Source: Candidatus Eiseniibacteriota bacterium (GTDB lineage: Bacteria; Eisenbacteria; RBG-16-71-46; SZUA-252). Taken from it: a DNA stretch of 64,000 nt. Under the pieces are notes generated by a model. That model saw nothing but the letters and a program-made list of their open reading frames with translations. It was not told the DNA's origin and made no database searches. The translations under genes and the position numbers were made by a program. Positions 20,812 through 31,332 of the stretch are shown here, piece after piece (the first letter of the stretch is position 1; every line of letters starts with the position of its first letter). The stretch is from positions 799 through 64,798 of the forward strand of contig CAVUEC010000012.1 of NCBI GenBank assembly GCA_963740415.1, written 5' to 3'.

Positions 20812-21333
20812 TCAGGCCTGCTGCGGTTGCCTGGGCTGGTACTCGGGGGCGTTGTTCGCGAAATCCCACATCATGATCGGTGCGATGCCCATCGCCCTCA
20901 GATAGGCGTACAGCTGGCCCCGGTGATGCAGGTGCTCGTCGTAGATGATGTTCACGCAGACGAAGCCCGGGAAATCCTTTCCCCAGGGGGACTTCACCAT
21001 CGCGTTGAGCTGCGCGTCGGACATCGAGCGGACCGCCTTGTCGGCGGCCTTCCACGAGGTCTCGACGAAACGGACGATGTCGTCGTGCGTTTTCAACTTC
21101 GCGAGGTCCGCCGCCTCCATTTCCTCCGTGAGCGTGATCTCGCCGCGCAACGCGCCCTCCGCCATCTCCCTCATCGTCGTGTACATGTGGGAGATGAGTT
21201 CCTTGGGCGTGCGCATGTCCTTCACGGGGTGGCTGTCGATCTTGTCCTTCGGAACCATCTGAACGATACGCACCGTCATCCCGTGGATCGTGCGGAAGTG
21301 GTCCCACCATGCCAGCATGTCGTTGCGATTCAC
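20812..21333 (-). CDS. DinB family protein
   Basis: RTPKELISHM and DEHLHHRGQLYAYLRAMG motifs. Confidence 0.85.
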   Translation of the reverse strand: MNRNDMLAWWDHFRTIHGMTVRIVQMVPKDKIDSHPVKDMRTPKELISHMYTTMREMAEGALRGEITLTEEMEAADLAKLKTHDDIVRFVETSWKAADKAVRSMSDAQLNAMVKSPWGKDFPGFVCVNIIYDEHLHHRGQLYAYLRAMGIAPIMMWDFANNAPEYQPRQPQQA

Positions 21334-21361
21334 GAGTTGGTCTCCCCCCGGCTTCTGCGAA

Positions 21362-22105
21362 TCAGCTCTTCTTGGCCGCGACGGCCGCGACGTCCTTCGA
21401 GTTGATGTCGAACGTGATCATGAATCCGTTCGTCCCCTTGTACTCGAAGGCCTTGTCGCCCGTGCGGTAGGCTTCCACTTCATTCTGCATGAGGACGAAG
21501 CCGGTGTTCCGCGGCACGCCCCAGTACCTCAGATTCTGGATCACGATCGGGCTGTTGGACATGCCCTGGTTCCGATGGAGGACCACCTCTCCCATCTTGC
21601 CGCCGTCCATCTTGGCCACGGCCTTGTCGGCGGTGTAGCTCCATTCGATCGGACCATCGGCTCCCACCGAGAACGAATTCCACTTCACCGGATAGACGTA
21701 GGCGAGGATCGCCGCGATTCCGTCGCGCTGGGCCTTGGTCACCGACGGGTCAAAGTGAACGACCGCCCAATCCATCTGTCCCTTGGAGAAATCGCCGCCC
21801 AGGTCGCCGCCCACCCAGAACTTGGCGCCGTCGAGCTTGGTGTTTCCGTACATCCCCTTGTTCACCTTGAGGACGTTGTTGAATTTGCAGTAGTGAGCGT
21901 CCATACCAGCCATGCCCTCGTGCCCTTCCATCGAATGCCCCGCGGGCTTGGTGTCGAAATAGCACTGGCAGAACATGGGGCAGGAGCATGCTTCGATGAT
22001 GGTGGCATTCATGGACCAGTTCGGACCAGCCATGTTGGCGTCCGCCGCGAATGCCGTTCCGCAGCAAGCGAAGACCAGTGCCAGCGCGATGGCGAGTGAC
22101 TTCAT
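21362..22105 (-). CDS. Secreted DUF1326-like Cys-containing protein
   Basis: Signal peptide; IEACSCPMFCQCYF; G-x-YG-x-TKLDG. Confidence 0.7.
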   Translation of the reverse strand: MKSLAIALALVFACCGTAFAADANMAGPNWSMNATIIEACSCPMFCQCYFDTKPAGHSMEGHEGMAGMDAHYCKFNNVLKVNKGMYGNTKLDGAKFWVGGDLGGDFSKGQMDWAVVHFDPSVTKAQRDGIAAILAYVYPVKWNSFSVGADGPIEWSYTADKAVAKMDGGKMGEVVLHRNQGMSNSPIVIQNLRYWGVPRNTGFVLMQNEVEAYRTGDKAFEYKGTNGFMITFDINSKDVAAVAAKKS

Positions 22106-22327
22106 TGCTCGTTCCCCCCCTTGGAGTTGTGCGGTGTAGTGCGGCGCGACTTCTGAGTCGAGTCGGTTCGGCCGAAATCGCAGGGATCATGGTGACGTTC
22201 GGATGCCCAATCTTACACGTTTTTCCGGAGAGAGAAAGGGGCCCCTGGCTCGCAAGATAAGTTGTTATGAATCACAGTGTTATCGCATCGGCCGGACCGG
22301 TCGCCGGCGGCCCCATGGCTTCAGACG

Positions 22328-23134
22328 CTACTGGTCGAGAAGCCTGCGGATCGTCGGAATGTCGAGCCGGCCGGCCAGGGATTCCACGTCGCTCTTCGCG
22401 CCGTAGAACTCGACGATGATCGCGCGCACCGTATCGGGATGATCTGAGGGGAGCTGGCCCGACTTGAATCCGGGATAGCCGCCGGACGTTCCGAACTTGG
22501 CGCGGAGCTGCGACTCCAAATTGGACCCCACCACGTAAACCCGCAGCAACGTGATGGGCTCCTGCGTCGTCCTCTGATCCGGCGCGACCTCGACATGGGT
22601 GGAATCGGTTCCCACGGTCGACTGTTCGACCGCGAACGCTCCCGCCACGTTGTACAGATGGGGCTTGTCCGCCTTGGACGCGATGCCGGTCGAAAGTCCC
22701 CGAACGCTGTTGAGCGTCACCATGATCTCAACCGTGCGGTACTCGCCTTCCTCGGAATTCGTGGGCAGGGCCTGGAAGTCCCGCTCGGCCCACGCCTCAA
22801 TCGGCGCCCACCGCGGCGTCCCCAGGATCAGCCCGGTGTACTCGGAAATGGTCTCGGACGATCCGTCCTCCGCGAGCTGGAACGGCGCCGGCGGACGCGG
22901 AATATTGAACACGATCTTCGAGAGGCGCTTCGACATCTGATCCCGAGTCTCCTGCGCCGCCTTGGTCCAGTTCACCGTCGAATCGGACGGCGCGGCCTGG
23001 GGCGGGGGCGGAGGAGGCGGGGTGGCCGTCTCATCGGAATCGGGAAACGCGTCCTGGGCGCGGGCCGGGAGCGCGATCGCGCAAGAGAAGAGGGCGCAGA
23101 GCACTAGCATCCGGGCGCGTAGGGCGAATCGCAT
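22328..23134 (-). CDS. Hypothetical secreted protein
   Basis: Signal peptide ending ARAQ, poly-Pro linker; no recognised domain. Confidence 0.65.
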   Translation of the reverse strand: MRFALRARMLVLCALFSCAIALPARAQDAFPDSDETATPPPPPPPQAAPSDSTVNWTKAAQETRDQMSKRLSKIVFNIPRPPAPFQLAEDGSSETISEYTGLILGTPRWAPIEAWAERDFQALPTNSEEGEYRTVEIMVTLNSVRGLSTGIASKADKPHLYNVAGAFAVEQSTVGTDSTHVEVAPDQRTTQEPITLLRVYVVGSNLESQLRAKFGTSGGYPGFKSGQLPSDHPDTVRAIIVEFYGAKSDVESLAGRLDIPTIRRLLDQ

Positions 23135-23189
23135 CGAGAATGTCTCCGGGGGTATGGGCGCCGAAACGGCGCTCGAAGGTACGTACCCT

Positions 23190-24407
23190 TCAGTCTACAT
23201 GGGGGTTCCGGCCCCAGCCATTCCGAATGCGCTCCAGCGCTTCCTCAAGCAGAGCGGGTTCGGTGAGCAGGCTCACCACGCAGTCCTCGTCCAAGGGAAG
23301 CTGATAGAACTCGCCGGGATGAAGGAGCACGTCGCAATGCCGGAGCGCCCACTCGGCCGGGTTGTGCGCGCGGTCCTGAGAGGCGCGCGGCGCGAATCGC
23401 GCCACCGCGCTCCAGCCTCCCTCGCCCGCGAGAAGCGAGAAGGGCGCGCCGGGCGCGCGCGCCGCCGCCGCGAGGGCATGCAGATTCGCGTCGATCCGCG
23501 CGGCCGCAGCGCGTTGAAACGATCCTCGTTCGGCGAGAAGGCGATGAAGCGCGAGCTGGACCGGCGCTCCGACCGAGAGAAAGAGGTCCGCGATCCATTC
23601 CAGTCCTTCGAGCGCATCGCGCGCCGCGGCTTCGGGGCCCGCGACCAGGATCCAACCCAGCTTCATTTGAGGCAGGCCGCAGAGCTTGGAGATTCCGTTG
23701 AGCACGAAGGTCGGCACGCGCCGCGCGCCGCACCAGCCGGGAAACGATTCCGTTCGCGGCGGCCAGGGGAACTCGCCGAAGACCTCGTCCGCGATGATCG
23801 CGAGGCCGCGCTCCTCGCAGAGCGATTCGAGGCGGTTTCGATCGTGGGGCGGCAAGCAAGAGCCGGTGGGGTTGTTGGGTTCCACCACGACGACCGCGCG
23901 CGTGCGCGGACTCAGCGCGGCCTCGAGCGAATCGAAGTCGAGCGCCCACGGCGGCCCGTACGCCAGGCGATAGGGCCGAAGAGCGACCGATTCGAGGCGC
24001 GCGAGCGGTTCGAACAGCGGATAGCTGGGGCGCGGAATCAGCACCTCGTCCTCCGGCGCGCAGAGCAGGCGGAAGAGGTGCGCGTACGCCTCGCTCGTGC
24101 TCGACGTGAGAACGATCCGTCCCGGATCGATGGGGCTGCCGCCCCCCGCGCGCGATCCGTAGTACGCCGCGACGCTTTCTCTCGCGGTCAGCCATCCGCG
24201 TGGATCCGGCTCGTACACGGCGGCCCTGGGATCCGAAAGCGCCGCGAGGTCGCGGGCGTCCGGGACCGGGAGCCCCACCCGCGTCGGGTTGGTCGCGGTC
24301 AGGTCGAGCACGCGGATCCCGGCGCGCCGCTTTTCCAAGAGAAGCGATTGAAGCGGGTTCGGAGAGAAGTCGCGCGGGACGCGACCGGAGTTCCAGAGGG
24401 AGCTCAT
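23190..24407 (-). CDS. PLP-dependent aminotransferase class I/II
   Basis: PRPSYPLF, PNNPTG, IIADEVF, GISKLCGLPQMKLGW. Confidence 0.88.
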   Translation of the reverse strand: MSSLWNSGRVPRDFSPNPLQSLLLEKRRAGIRVLDLTATNPTRVGLPVPDARDLAALSDPRAAVYEPDPRGWLTARESVAAYYGSRAGGGSPIDPGRIVLTSSTSEAYAHLFRLLCAPEDEVLIPRPSYPLFEPLARLESVALRPYRLAYGPPWALDFDSLEAALSPRTRAVVVVEPNNPTGSCLPPHDRNRLESLCEERGLAIIADEVFGEFPWPPRTESFPGWCGARRVPTFVLNGISKLCGLPQMKLGWILVAGPEAAARDALEGLEWIADLFLSVGAPVQLALHRLLAERGSFQRAAAARIDANLHALAAAARAPGAPFSLLAGEGGWSAVARFAPRASQDRAHNPAEWALRHCDVLLHPGEFYQLPLDEDCVVSLLTEPALLEEALERIRNGWGRNPHVD

Positions 24408-24447
24408 CCGGCGCGGCGCGCCGGAACGGACGGGATCGGCGGGATTG

Positions 24448-24801
24448 CTAGTTCGTCTCGCGTTTCCGCGTGAGGGCGACCCAAGCGAAGTTCACCAGAG
24501 CAAGAACCAGCGCCCCGAGAAGCGCGGGCAGGAAGCCGTTGATGCTGAAGCCCGGCACCACGGCCGCGACGGCGAGGAGGACGATGGCGTTCACAACGAA
24601 CGAGAACAATCCGAAGGTGAGGAGGATCAGCGGGAACGTGATCACCTTGAGCAGGAATCCCAAGGTGGCGTTCGCCAGCCCGAGCAGGAGGGCCGCGATC
24701 GCGGCCACGCCCCAGTTCTGCACGTAGAACCCCTGGAGGCTGTGCGACATCAGCAGAAACACGCAAACGGTGATCGCGAAGTGAACGATGGCCTTCATCA
24801 T
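24448..24801 (-). CDS. YvlD-like 4-TM membrane protein (holin superfamily IV)
   Basis: LKVITFPLILLTFGLFSFVVNA; GFSINGFLPALLGAL. Confidence 0.85.
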   Translation of the reverse strand: MMKAIVHFAITVCVFLLMSHSLQGFYVQNWGVAAIAALLLGLANATLGFLLKVITFPLILLTFGLFSFVVNAIVLLAVAAVVPGFSINGFLPALLGALVLALVNFAWVALTRKRETN

Positions 24802-25050
24802 GGGGTCTTCCTCCGGCGGCCCGCGTGGGGCGGGCTTGGGGGAGTGCCGAAACGCTGCCCGGATCGTCGAACCTCGAAGCTACCATTAAAGATATCGCTT
24901 GCGGAAGCGGCGGCCCGCGCCTTAGCCTTTGGTCGCTCTAAGCTGTTTAGAGTCGGCGCGTTCGCCCGCGCCGGTGGGTCGTTTGCAGTGGCCATATCCC
25001 TTCAACCCTCCGCAGCAGGGGCAGCTCTCCGCCGCAAAAGGGAGAGCTCC

Positions 25051-25248
25051 ATGGATCTCAAGCATTGGTACCGCTGCAATATGTGCGGCTACATGTACAC
25101 CCCGCAGCAAGTACAGGCGCTGGTCCAGTTGCTGGCCTCCCGCTCCGGCGAGTCGACCGCCGTGATCGAGCCCATTCCATGTCGCAAACGAGGTTGTGAG
25201 GGGACGCTCGCTCAAACCTCCGACCTGTACCGGGACGCGCGACCCTAG
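25051..25248 (+). CDS. 65-aa zinc-ribbon-like small protein
   Basis: GGGAGAG RBS then MDLKHWYRCNMCGY...IPCRKRGCEGTL; CxxC plus CxxxxC. Confidence 0.65.
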   Translation: MDLKHWYRCNMCGYMYTPQQVQALVQLLASRSGESTAVIEPIPCRKRGCEGTLAQTSDLYRDARP

Positions 25249-25406
25249 AGCCGCCGCGGCGCCTCTCATGCGCCGCGACGGTGCAGCAGCTCCACCCGCC
25301 CAGCCGGCCGAACGTACGGCCGGCCAAATCCCCTTGTTCCAGGCTTTGCCGCGGGACTATACTGCCCGGCTCGCAAAAAATTGCGGAGTCACCCAAAACG
25401 CCTAGC

Positions 25407-26096
25407 GTGGAACCTCTTTCAGATCGGCTCCAACAAATCCGGGAGCGGATCGACGCGGCGGCGAAGCGATCGGGCCGGTCCGCCGAGTCGGTTCGGCTTC
25501 TCGCCGTCACCAAGGGCGTTCCCGTCGAGATGGTGCGCGAAGCGGTCGCGCTGGGGCTTCGCGAGTTGGGCGAGAGCCGCATTCAGGAGGCGGAGGGGAA
25601 GGTCGCCTCGATCGGGGGCGGCGTGCGCTGGCACCTCGTGGGGCATCTCCAGACCAACAAGGCCCTGCGCGCGGTTCAGCTCTTCGACGCGATCCACTCG
25701 GTGGACTCCGAGCGCATCGCGGCGGAGCTTGCGAAACGGGCGGCGGCCGCGGGGAGAACGCCTCAGTGTTTCGTCGAGGTGAACACCTCGGGCGATGCCG
25801 CGAAGTTCGGCGTCCCGCCGTCCGAGGCACTCGCACTCTGGGCCCGCCTGCGACAGCTTCGGCCGCTCAAGCTTGCTGGATTCATGACCATCGGCCCGCT
25901 CGCGGGAGGCGCAGAGGGTGCCCGCGCCTCCTTTCGAGCGCTCGCCGCGCTTCGGGACGCGGCGATGCGAGGGGGCGGACGCGAGGACGAGTGCGCGCTC
26001 TCGATGGGCATGTCGGACGATTTCGAGATCGCGGTGGAAGAGGGCGCCCACTGGGTCCGTGTCGGGAGCGCGCTCTTTGGCGAACGGCGCGCGTGA
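25407..26096 (+). CDS. yggS: PLP homeostasis protein (YggS family)
   Basis: [50 protein letters not shown]. Confidence 0.93.
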   Translation: [229 protein letters not shown]

Positions 26097-26139
26097 CCCG
26101 CGCGCACGGCGCTGAGCGCCCTGCGGGAAACGCGCGACG

Positions 26140-26403
26140 ATGAGGTTTCGGGTGCATGTCACGCCGCGCCGCGCGGAGGCGCTGACCGCGAGTCGCAAGG
26201 AGGGCGTCCTTCGCGTTTCGGTGAGCGCCTCTCCCCAAGAGGGCGAGGCGAACGAGGCGGTGCTGGCGCTTCTTCGGCGGAAGCTCGGCCTACGGTCCGG
26301 GGCCCTTCGGATCGTGGGCGGCGCCTCGTCGCGATGGAAGTGGCTCGAGGCGGAAGGTCTTTCCGAGGAGGAATTTTGGCGCAGGCTGGGACCGCTGGAA
26401 TGA
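26140..26403 (+). CDS. yggU: DUF167/YggU family protein
   Basis: VHVTPR...ASPQEGEAN...GGASSRWK; follows yggS. Confidence 0.85.
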   Translation: MRFRVHVTPRRAEALTASRKEGVLRVSVSASPQEGEANEAVLALLRRKLGLRSGALRIVGGASSRWKWLEAEGLSEEEFWRRLGPLE

Positions 26404-27263
26404 CCGCGGACGCCGCTTCGAGGTCGACGCTCCTCAAGGAGATTGAGGAAGCGCGCGCCTTCGTTGCCTCGCGCTCGAGCGTCAAGCCCAGGGTCGGGAT
26501 CATCCTCGGCACCGGCCTCGGCCGCTTCGCGGAGGCGATGACGCGTTCCGTCACCATTCCCTACGGCGACATCCCGCGCTTCCCCCACGCGACCGTCGAG
26601 AGCCACGCCGGCGAGCTGGTCCTGGGAGACCTGGGCCAAACCCCGGCCGCGGTCATGAACGGGAGGGTTCACTACTACGAGGGCTACACGATGAAGCAGG
26701 TGACCTTCCCGGTCCGCGTCCTTCGGGCTCTGGGGATCGACACCCTCATCGTGACGAGTGCCGCCGGCGGGATGAACCCGGCCTACGGGCCGGGGGACAT
26801 CGCGATGGTGGTCGACCACATCAACCTAATGGGCGACAGCCCGCTCGTGGGGCCGAACGAGGACAGCCTCGGCCCGCGATTCCCGGACATGTCGGAGCCC
26901 TACGACCGGTCTCTCCAGACGCTGGCGAAGGAGATCGCCCTCGCCGAGAAGATCCGGCTTCGTGAGGGCGTTCTGGCCGCCGTCGCCGGTCCCAACCTCG
27001 AGACGCGCGCCGAATATCGATTCCTCCGCTGGGCGGGGGCGGATCTCGTGAGCATGTCGCTCGTGCCCGAGGCGATCGTGGCCGCGCACGCGGGTCTCAG
27101 ACTCCTCGCGTTCGCCGTGGTCACGGACCTCTGCCTCCCGGACGCGCTCGAGCCCATCAGCGTGCCCGCGATTCTCGCGAACGCGGCCGCGGCCGAGCCC
27201 CATCTCACGCGATTGGTCTCGCGGATCGTGAACGAGCTTCCCGCGCCGGGCGGCCGCTCATGA
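26400..27263 (+). CDS. punA: Purine-nucleoside phosphorylase
   Basis: IILGTGLG, GRVHYYEG, RFPDMSEPY, GPNLETRAE. Confidence 0.92.
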   Translation: MTADAASRSTLLKEIEEARAFVASRSSVKPRVGIILGTGLGRFAEAMTRSVTIPYGDIPRFPHATVESHAGELVLGDLGQTPAAVMNGRVHYYEGYTMKQVTFPVRVLRALGIDTLIVTSAAGGMNPAYGPGDIAMVVDHINLMGDSPLVGPNEDSLGPRFPDMSEPYDRSLQTLAKEIALAEKIRLREGVLAAVAGPNLETRAEYRFLRWAGADLVSMSLVPEAIVAAHAGLRLLAFAVVTDLCLPDALEPISVPAILANAAAAEPHLTRLVSRIVNELPAPGGRS

Positions 27264-30200
27264 CCGTCAAGGCGGATCGCTTTCTCGAAGGGTCGACCAA
27301 GCTCGACTTCCCGGCGTCCGAGGCGAAGATCCTCGAGTTCTGGAAGGAGACGCGCGCGTTTGAAGAGGGGCTGAAGCGCCGCGAAGGGTCGCCTCCGTAC
27401 ATCTTCTACGAGGGTCCGCCCACGGCGAACGGTCTTCCCGGCGTGCATCACGTCATCTCGCGCACGGTGAAGGACGTGGTCTGCCGCTACCAGTCCATGC
27501 GCGGCCGCTACGTGCCGCGGAAGGGCGGGTGGGACACGCACGGGCTGCCGGTCGAAATCGAGATCGAGAAGCAGCTCAAGATCAGCGGGAAGGACCAGAT
27601 CGAGACGTACGGCATCGCCGAGTTCAACGCCCTCTGCCGGAAGAGCGTGCTCAAGTACGAAGGGGAATGGCGCCGGAACACGGAACGGATCGGGTTCTGG
27701 CTCGACATGGACCATCCGTACTTCACCTTCGCGAACGAGTACATCGAGACGGTGTGGTGGCTTCTGAAGCGGATCAAGGAGCGCGGGCTTCTGTACCAGG
27801 GCCACAAGATCGTTCCGTACTGCCCGCGCTGCGGCACGCCGCTCTCGAGCCACGAGGTGAGCCAGGGGTACGAGGACGTGACCGAGCCCTCGGTCACGGT
27901 CAAGTTCGCCCTCGTCGACGAGCCGGGCGCCTACGTGCTCGCGTGGACCACCACGCCGTGGACGCTGCCCGGGAACGTGGCCCTCGCCGTGGGGCCGGGA
28001 CTCGACTACGTCCGCGTGCGCCAGCGCGTGGGCGATCACGACGAGCGCTACTACCTCGCGCGCGCGCGGCTCGCGCAGCTTGAGGGCGAGTACGAGATCG
28101 AGCGGGAGATGAAGGGGCGCGACCTGGTTGGAAAGTTCTACCGCCCGATCTTCGACTTCATGGACCTGGGCCAGAAGACCGGAAAGAACGCCTATTACGT
28201 CACGGAGGCGGATTTCGTCACCACCGAGGACGGGACCGGCGTCGTCCACACCGCCGTCATGTACGGCGAGGACGACTACCAGCTCGGCCAGCGGATCGAC
28301 CTGCCGCAATACCACACCGTGGACCCGCAGGGACGGTTCACCGCCGAGGTGACGCCCTGGGCCGGGATGCACGTGAAGGACGCCGAGGGGAAAATCCGAA
28401 AGTATTTGCGTGAGCGCGGCGCCCTTTACAGGGAGGAGATGACCACCCACGCCTACCCGTTCTGCTGGCGCTGCGAGTCGCCGCTCCTCTATTACGCCTG
28501 GAAGACCTGGTACATCGCGACCACCAAGATCCGCGAGGACCTGCTCGCCGCGCACGCCTCCGTCGAATGGCATCCCGGCGACATCGGCGCCAACCGCTTC
28601 GGGAACTGGCTCGAGAACAACGTCGATTGGGCGCTATCCCGCAACCGGTACTGGGGGACGCCGCTCAACATCTGGCGGTGCGAGGGCTGCGGCGAGGATC
28701 GCTCCGTGGGAAGCGTCGCGGAGCTGCGCGAGGGGTCGGGCGTTCCCGAGCCTCTCGACCTCCATCGGCCCTACGTCGATCAGGTCACGTTCCGGTGCCC
28801 CAAGTGCGGCGGCGTCCAGCGCCGGGTCCCCGAGGTCATCGACGTGTGGTTTGACTCGGGCGCGATGCCGTACGCGCAGTGGCATTACCCGTTCGAGAAC
28901 GAGGACCGCTTCGACCGGCTCTTCCCGGCCGACTTCGTCTCCGAGGGGATGGATCAAACGCGGGGCTGGTTTTACACCCTGATGGCGATCGCGGTGGCCG
29001 TCTCCGGGCGCGCGCCGTACCGCCACGTCCTGCCGATCGAGCTGATCCTCGACAAGCAGGGCAAGAAGATGAGCAAGTCGAAGGGGAACACGGTCGATCC
29101 CAACACGATCCTCGATCAGCGCGGCGCGGACGCCCTGCGGTTCTACCTGATCGCGACCAGCCCGCCGTGGATGCCCACGCGCTTCGACGCCGAAGGGGTC
29201 ACCGAGGTGACGAAGAAACTCCTGGGCACCCTCAAGAACGTGGCCCAGTTCTTCGCGCTCTACGCCAATATCGACGACTACGACCCGGCGCGGAAGGAAG
29301 CCGCCACCCCGGCGCTCCTCGATCGCTGGATTCTCTCCCGGCTCCACACGGTCGCGGCGTCCTGTCGCGAGGCGCTGGACCAATACGACCTCACCCGCGC
29401 GGCGCGACAGATCCAGGACTTCGTGCTGGAGGAGCTTTCCAATTGGTATGTGCGCCGCTCCAGGCGGCGCTTCTGGAAGTCGGGCGACCCCGCCGATAAG
29501 CGCGCGGCGTACGACACGCTCTGGGAGTGCCTCCGCGTCGTCACGCGGCTCCTGGCTCCGTACACGCCGTTCATCGCGGAGGAGCTCCACCAGCAGGTGA
29601 TCCGCCCCGGGGCCAAGGCGGAGCCCGCGAGCGTCCACTGGTGCGACTATCCGGAGGCCGACCGCGCGAGGATCGACGAATCGCTCGAGCGCTCGATGGA
29701 TCTGGTGCTCCGCGTCGTGAACATGGCCCGGGCCGCCCGCAACACTTCGTCCGTGCGGGTGCGCCAGCCGCTCCGGCGGCTAGCGGTTGCCGGACTTAAG
29801 GAAAGGGACGTCCGCGACCTCACGTCGCTCGGGGATCTGGTCAAGGACGAGCTCAACGTGAAGGAGATCGTGTTTCTTCCCGACCGGTCGGAGCTTCTCA
29901 CGACCGGGGTGAAGGCGAACTTCGCGGTGCTGGGGAAGAAGGTCGGCGGCGCGATGAAGGAAGTGGCCGCGCGCATCCAGGCGGCCGCCCCGGAGGAGAT
30001 CCGCTCGGCCCTCGCGTCCGGCGGATGGGAGGTCGAGGCGGGCGGACAGCGCCATACGCTGGTCGCCGAGGATTTCGTGATCCAGGAGACGTCGCGCGCG
30101 CCGTGGGTGGCGCAGGGGGACGGGGTAATCGCGGTCGCGATCGATCCCGCGCTGGACGAAGAGTTGAAGACCGAGGGCCTGGTCCGCGAGTTCGCACACC

Positions 30201-30436
30201 GCATCCAAGCGCTTCGGAAGGGGGCCGATTTCGACGTGACCGATCGGATCCGCCTCTATTGGGACCTCTCGCCCGGCCTCTCCAAGGCCTGCGAGCGGTT
30301 TGAGGGGTACATTCGAGAGGAAGTGCTGGCGGAAGAGCTTGTGCCGCGCGCCTCGGGAGGCGACGCCGTCGAGGAGTGGACGTTCGACGGCGAGCGCGCC
30401 CGCGTGGGCATCGAGCGCGTTCGAAAAGGAGGATGA
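27260..30436 (+). CDS. ileS: Isoleucine--tRNA ligase (type 2)
   Basis: FYEGPPTANGLPGVHH, GWDTHGLP, WTTTPWTLP, SRNRYWGTP, KMSKS; long type-2 C-terminus. Confidence 0.97.
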   Translation: MTVKADRFLEGSTKLDFPASEAKILEFWKETRAFEEGLKRREGSPPYIFYEGPPTANGLPGVHHVISRTVKDVVCRYQSMRGRYVPRKGGWDTHGLPVEIEIEKQLKISGKDQIETYGIAEFNALCRKSVLKYEGEWRRNTERIGFWLDMDHPYFTFANEYIETVWWLLKRIKERGLLYQGHKIVPYCPRCGTPLSSHEVSQGYEDVTEPSVTVKFALVDEPGAYVLAWTTTPWTLPGNVALAVGPGLDYVRVRQRVGDHDERYYLARARLAQLEGEYEIEREMKGRDLVGKFYRPIFDFMDLGQKTGKNAYYVTEADFVTTEDGTGVVHTAVMYGEDDYQLGQRIDLPQYHTVDPQGRFTAEVTPWAGMHVKDAEGKIRKYLRERGALYREEMTTHAYPFCWRCESPLLYYAWKTWYIATTKIREDLLAAHASVEWHPGDIGANRFGNWLENNVDWALSRNRYWGTPLNIWRCEGCGEDRSVGSVAELREGSGVPEPLDLHRPYVDQVTFRCPKCGGVQRRVPEVIDVWFDSGAMPYAQWHYPFENEDRFDRLFPADFVSEGMDQTRGWFYTLMAIAVAVSGRAPYRHVLPIELILDKQGKKMSKSKGNTVDPNTILDQRGADALRFYLIATSPPWMPTRFDAEGVTEVTKKLLGTLKNVAQFFALYANIDDYDPARKEAATPALLDRWILSRLHTVAASCREALDQYDLTRAARQIQDFVLEELSNWYVRRSRRRFWKSGDPADKRAAYDTLWECLRVVTRLLAPYTPFIAEELHQQVIRPGAKAEPASVHWCDYPEADRARIDESLERSMDLVLRVVNMARAARNTSSVRVRQPLRRLAVAGLKERDVRDLTSLGDLVKDELNVKEIVFLPDRSELLTTGVKANFAVLGKKVGGAMKEVAARIQAAAPEEIRSALASGGWEVEAGGQRHTLVAEDFVIQETSRAPWVAQGDGVIAVAIDPALDEELKTEGLVREFAHRIQALRKGADFDVTDRIRLYWDLSPGLSKACERFEGYIREEVLAEELVPRASGGDAVEEWTFDGERARVGIERVRKGG

Positions 30437-30825
30437 CGTTGCTCACCAAGAAGGATCTCAAGCACTTCGAAGAGCGTCTGCTGGACGAGCGGAAGAAGCT
30501 CCTGAGCCAGCTGGGCTACCTCGAGAAGACCATGAACCAGACACAGCGCGACGCCGGCGGGGACCTCTCCGCCTACTCGTTCCACATGGCCGACATGGGC
30601 ACCGACGCGATGGAGCGCGAGAAGGCGTTCCTGTTCGCGTCCGCCGAGGGCCGGCTCCTGTACAACGTGGACCAGGCGCTCCGCAGGCTCTATCGGAGCG
30701 AGTACGGAGTTTGTGAGGTCTGCGGGAAGGAGATCGGAAAGGCGAGGCTCGACGCGATCCCCCACGTCATCCTCTGCGTCTCGTGCCAGGAAAAGGCGGA
30801 GAAGGAAAACTCACACCGCGGATGA
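30433..30825 (+). CDS. TraR/DksA C4-type zinc finger protein
   Basis: HMADMGTD coiled-coil tip; YGVCEVCG...LCVSCQ. Confidence 0.9.
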   Translation: MTLLTKKDLKHFEERLLDERKKLLSQLGYLEKTMNQTQRDAGGDLSAYSFHMADMGTDAMEREKAFLFASAEGRLLYNVDQALRRLYRSEYGVCEVCGKEIGKARLDAIPHVILCVSCQEKAEKENSHRG

Positions 30826-31332
30826 CCCTTCGAGCCGGAGTGTTCTGGCGCCTGCGCGGCGGTGATCATCGCCCTCGACCAGTGGACCAAGTCCCTGGCC
30901 TCGTCCCACCTATTGCTCGGCGTGCCCGTTCCGCTCCTGGGCGACACGGTCCGATTCACGCTCGTCCACAACACGGGAGCGGCGTTTGGCCTCTTCCCGG
31001 GAAGCCGCGTGCCGTTCATCGTGATCTCGATCCTCGCGATCCTCGTCGTCTTCTACCTCTTCCTCCGCGAGACGTATCGGAGTCTGGCCAACCGGATTCT
31101 GCTCGGGTGTATTCTCGGCGGCGCGATCGGCAACTTGCTGGACCGGGTTCGCCTGGGATGGGTCGTCGATTTCATCGACATGGGAGCGGGCACGGTCCGC
31201 TGGCCCGTTTTCAACGTCGCCGACAGCGCCGTCACGCTGGGGGTCATCTTCCTTGCCTGGAATCTCGCCCGAGCGGGGCGCCCCGCTCCCGAGCCCGAGA
31301 ACGCACACGGTGCCCGCCTCGCGGGCGGGTGA
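30822..31332 (+). CDS. lspA: Lipoprotein signal peptidase II (frameshift near 30848)
   Basis: DQWTK, NTGAAFG, GGAIGNLLDR, VVDFI, FNVADS; ATGA overlap start lies in another frame. Confidence 0.93.

Noticed and set aside
24448-24801. Phage holin indicating a prophage
   Set aside because: YvlD-like 4-TM proteins are common chromosomal genes and no endolysin or structural phage genes are adjacent
25000-25050. preQ1-II or SAM-type riboswitch
   Set aside because: Only a superficial CGC...AAAGGGAGA resemblance; conserved cores are missing and the downstream gene does not fit
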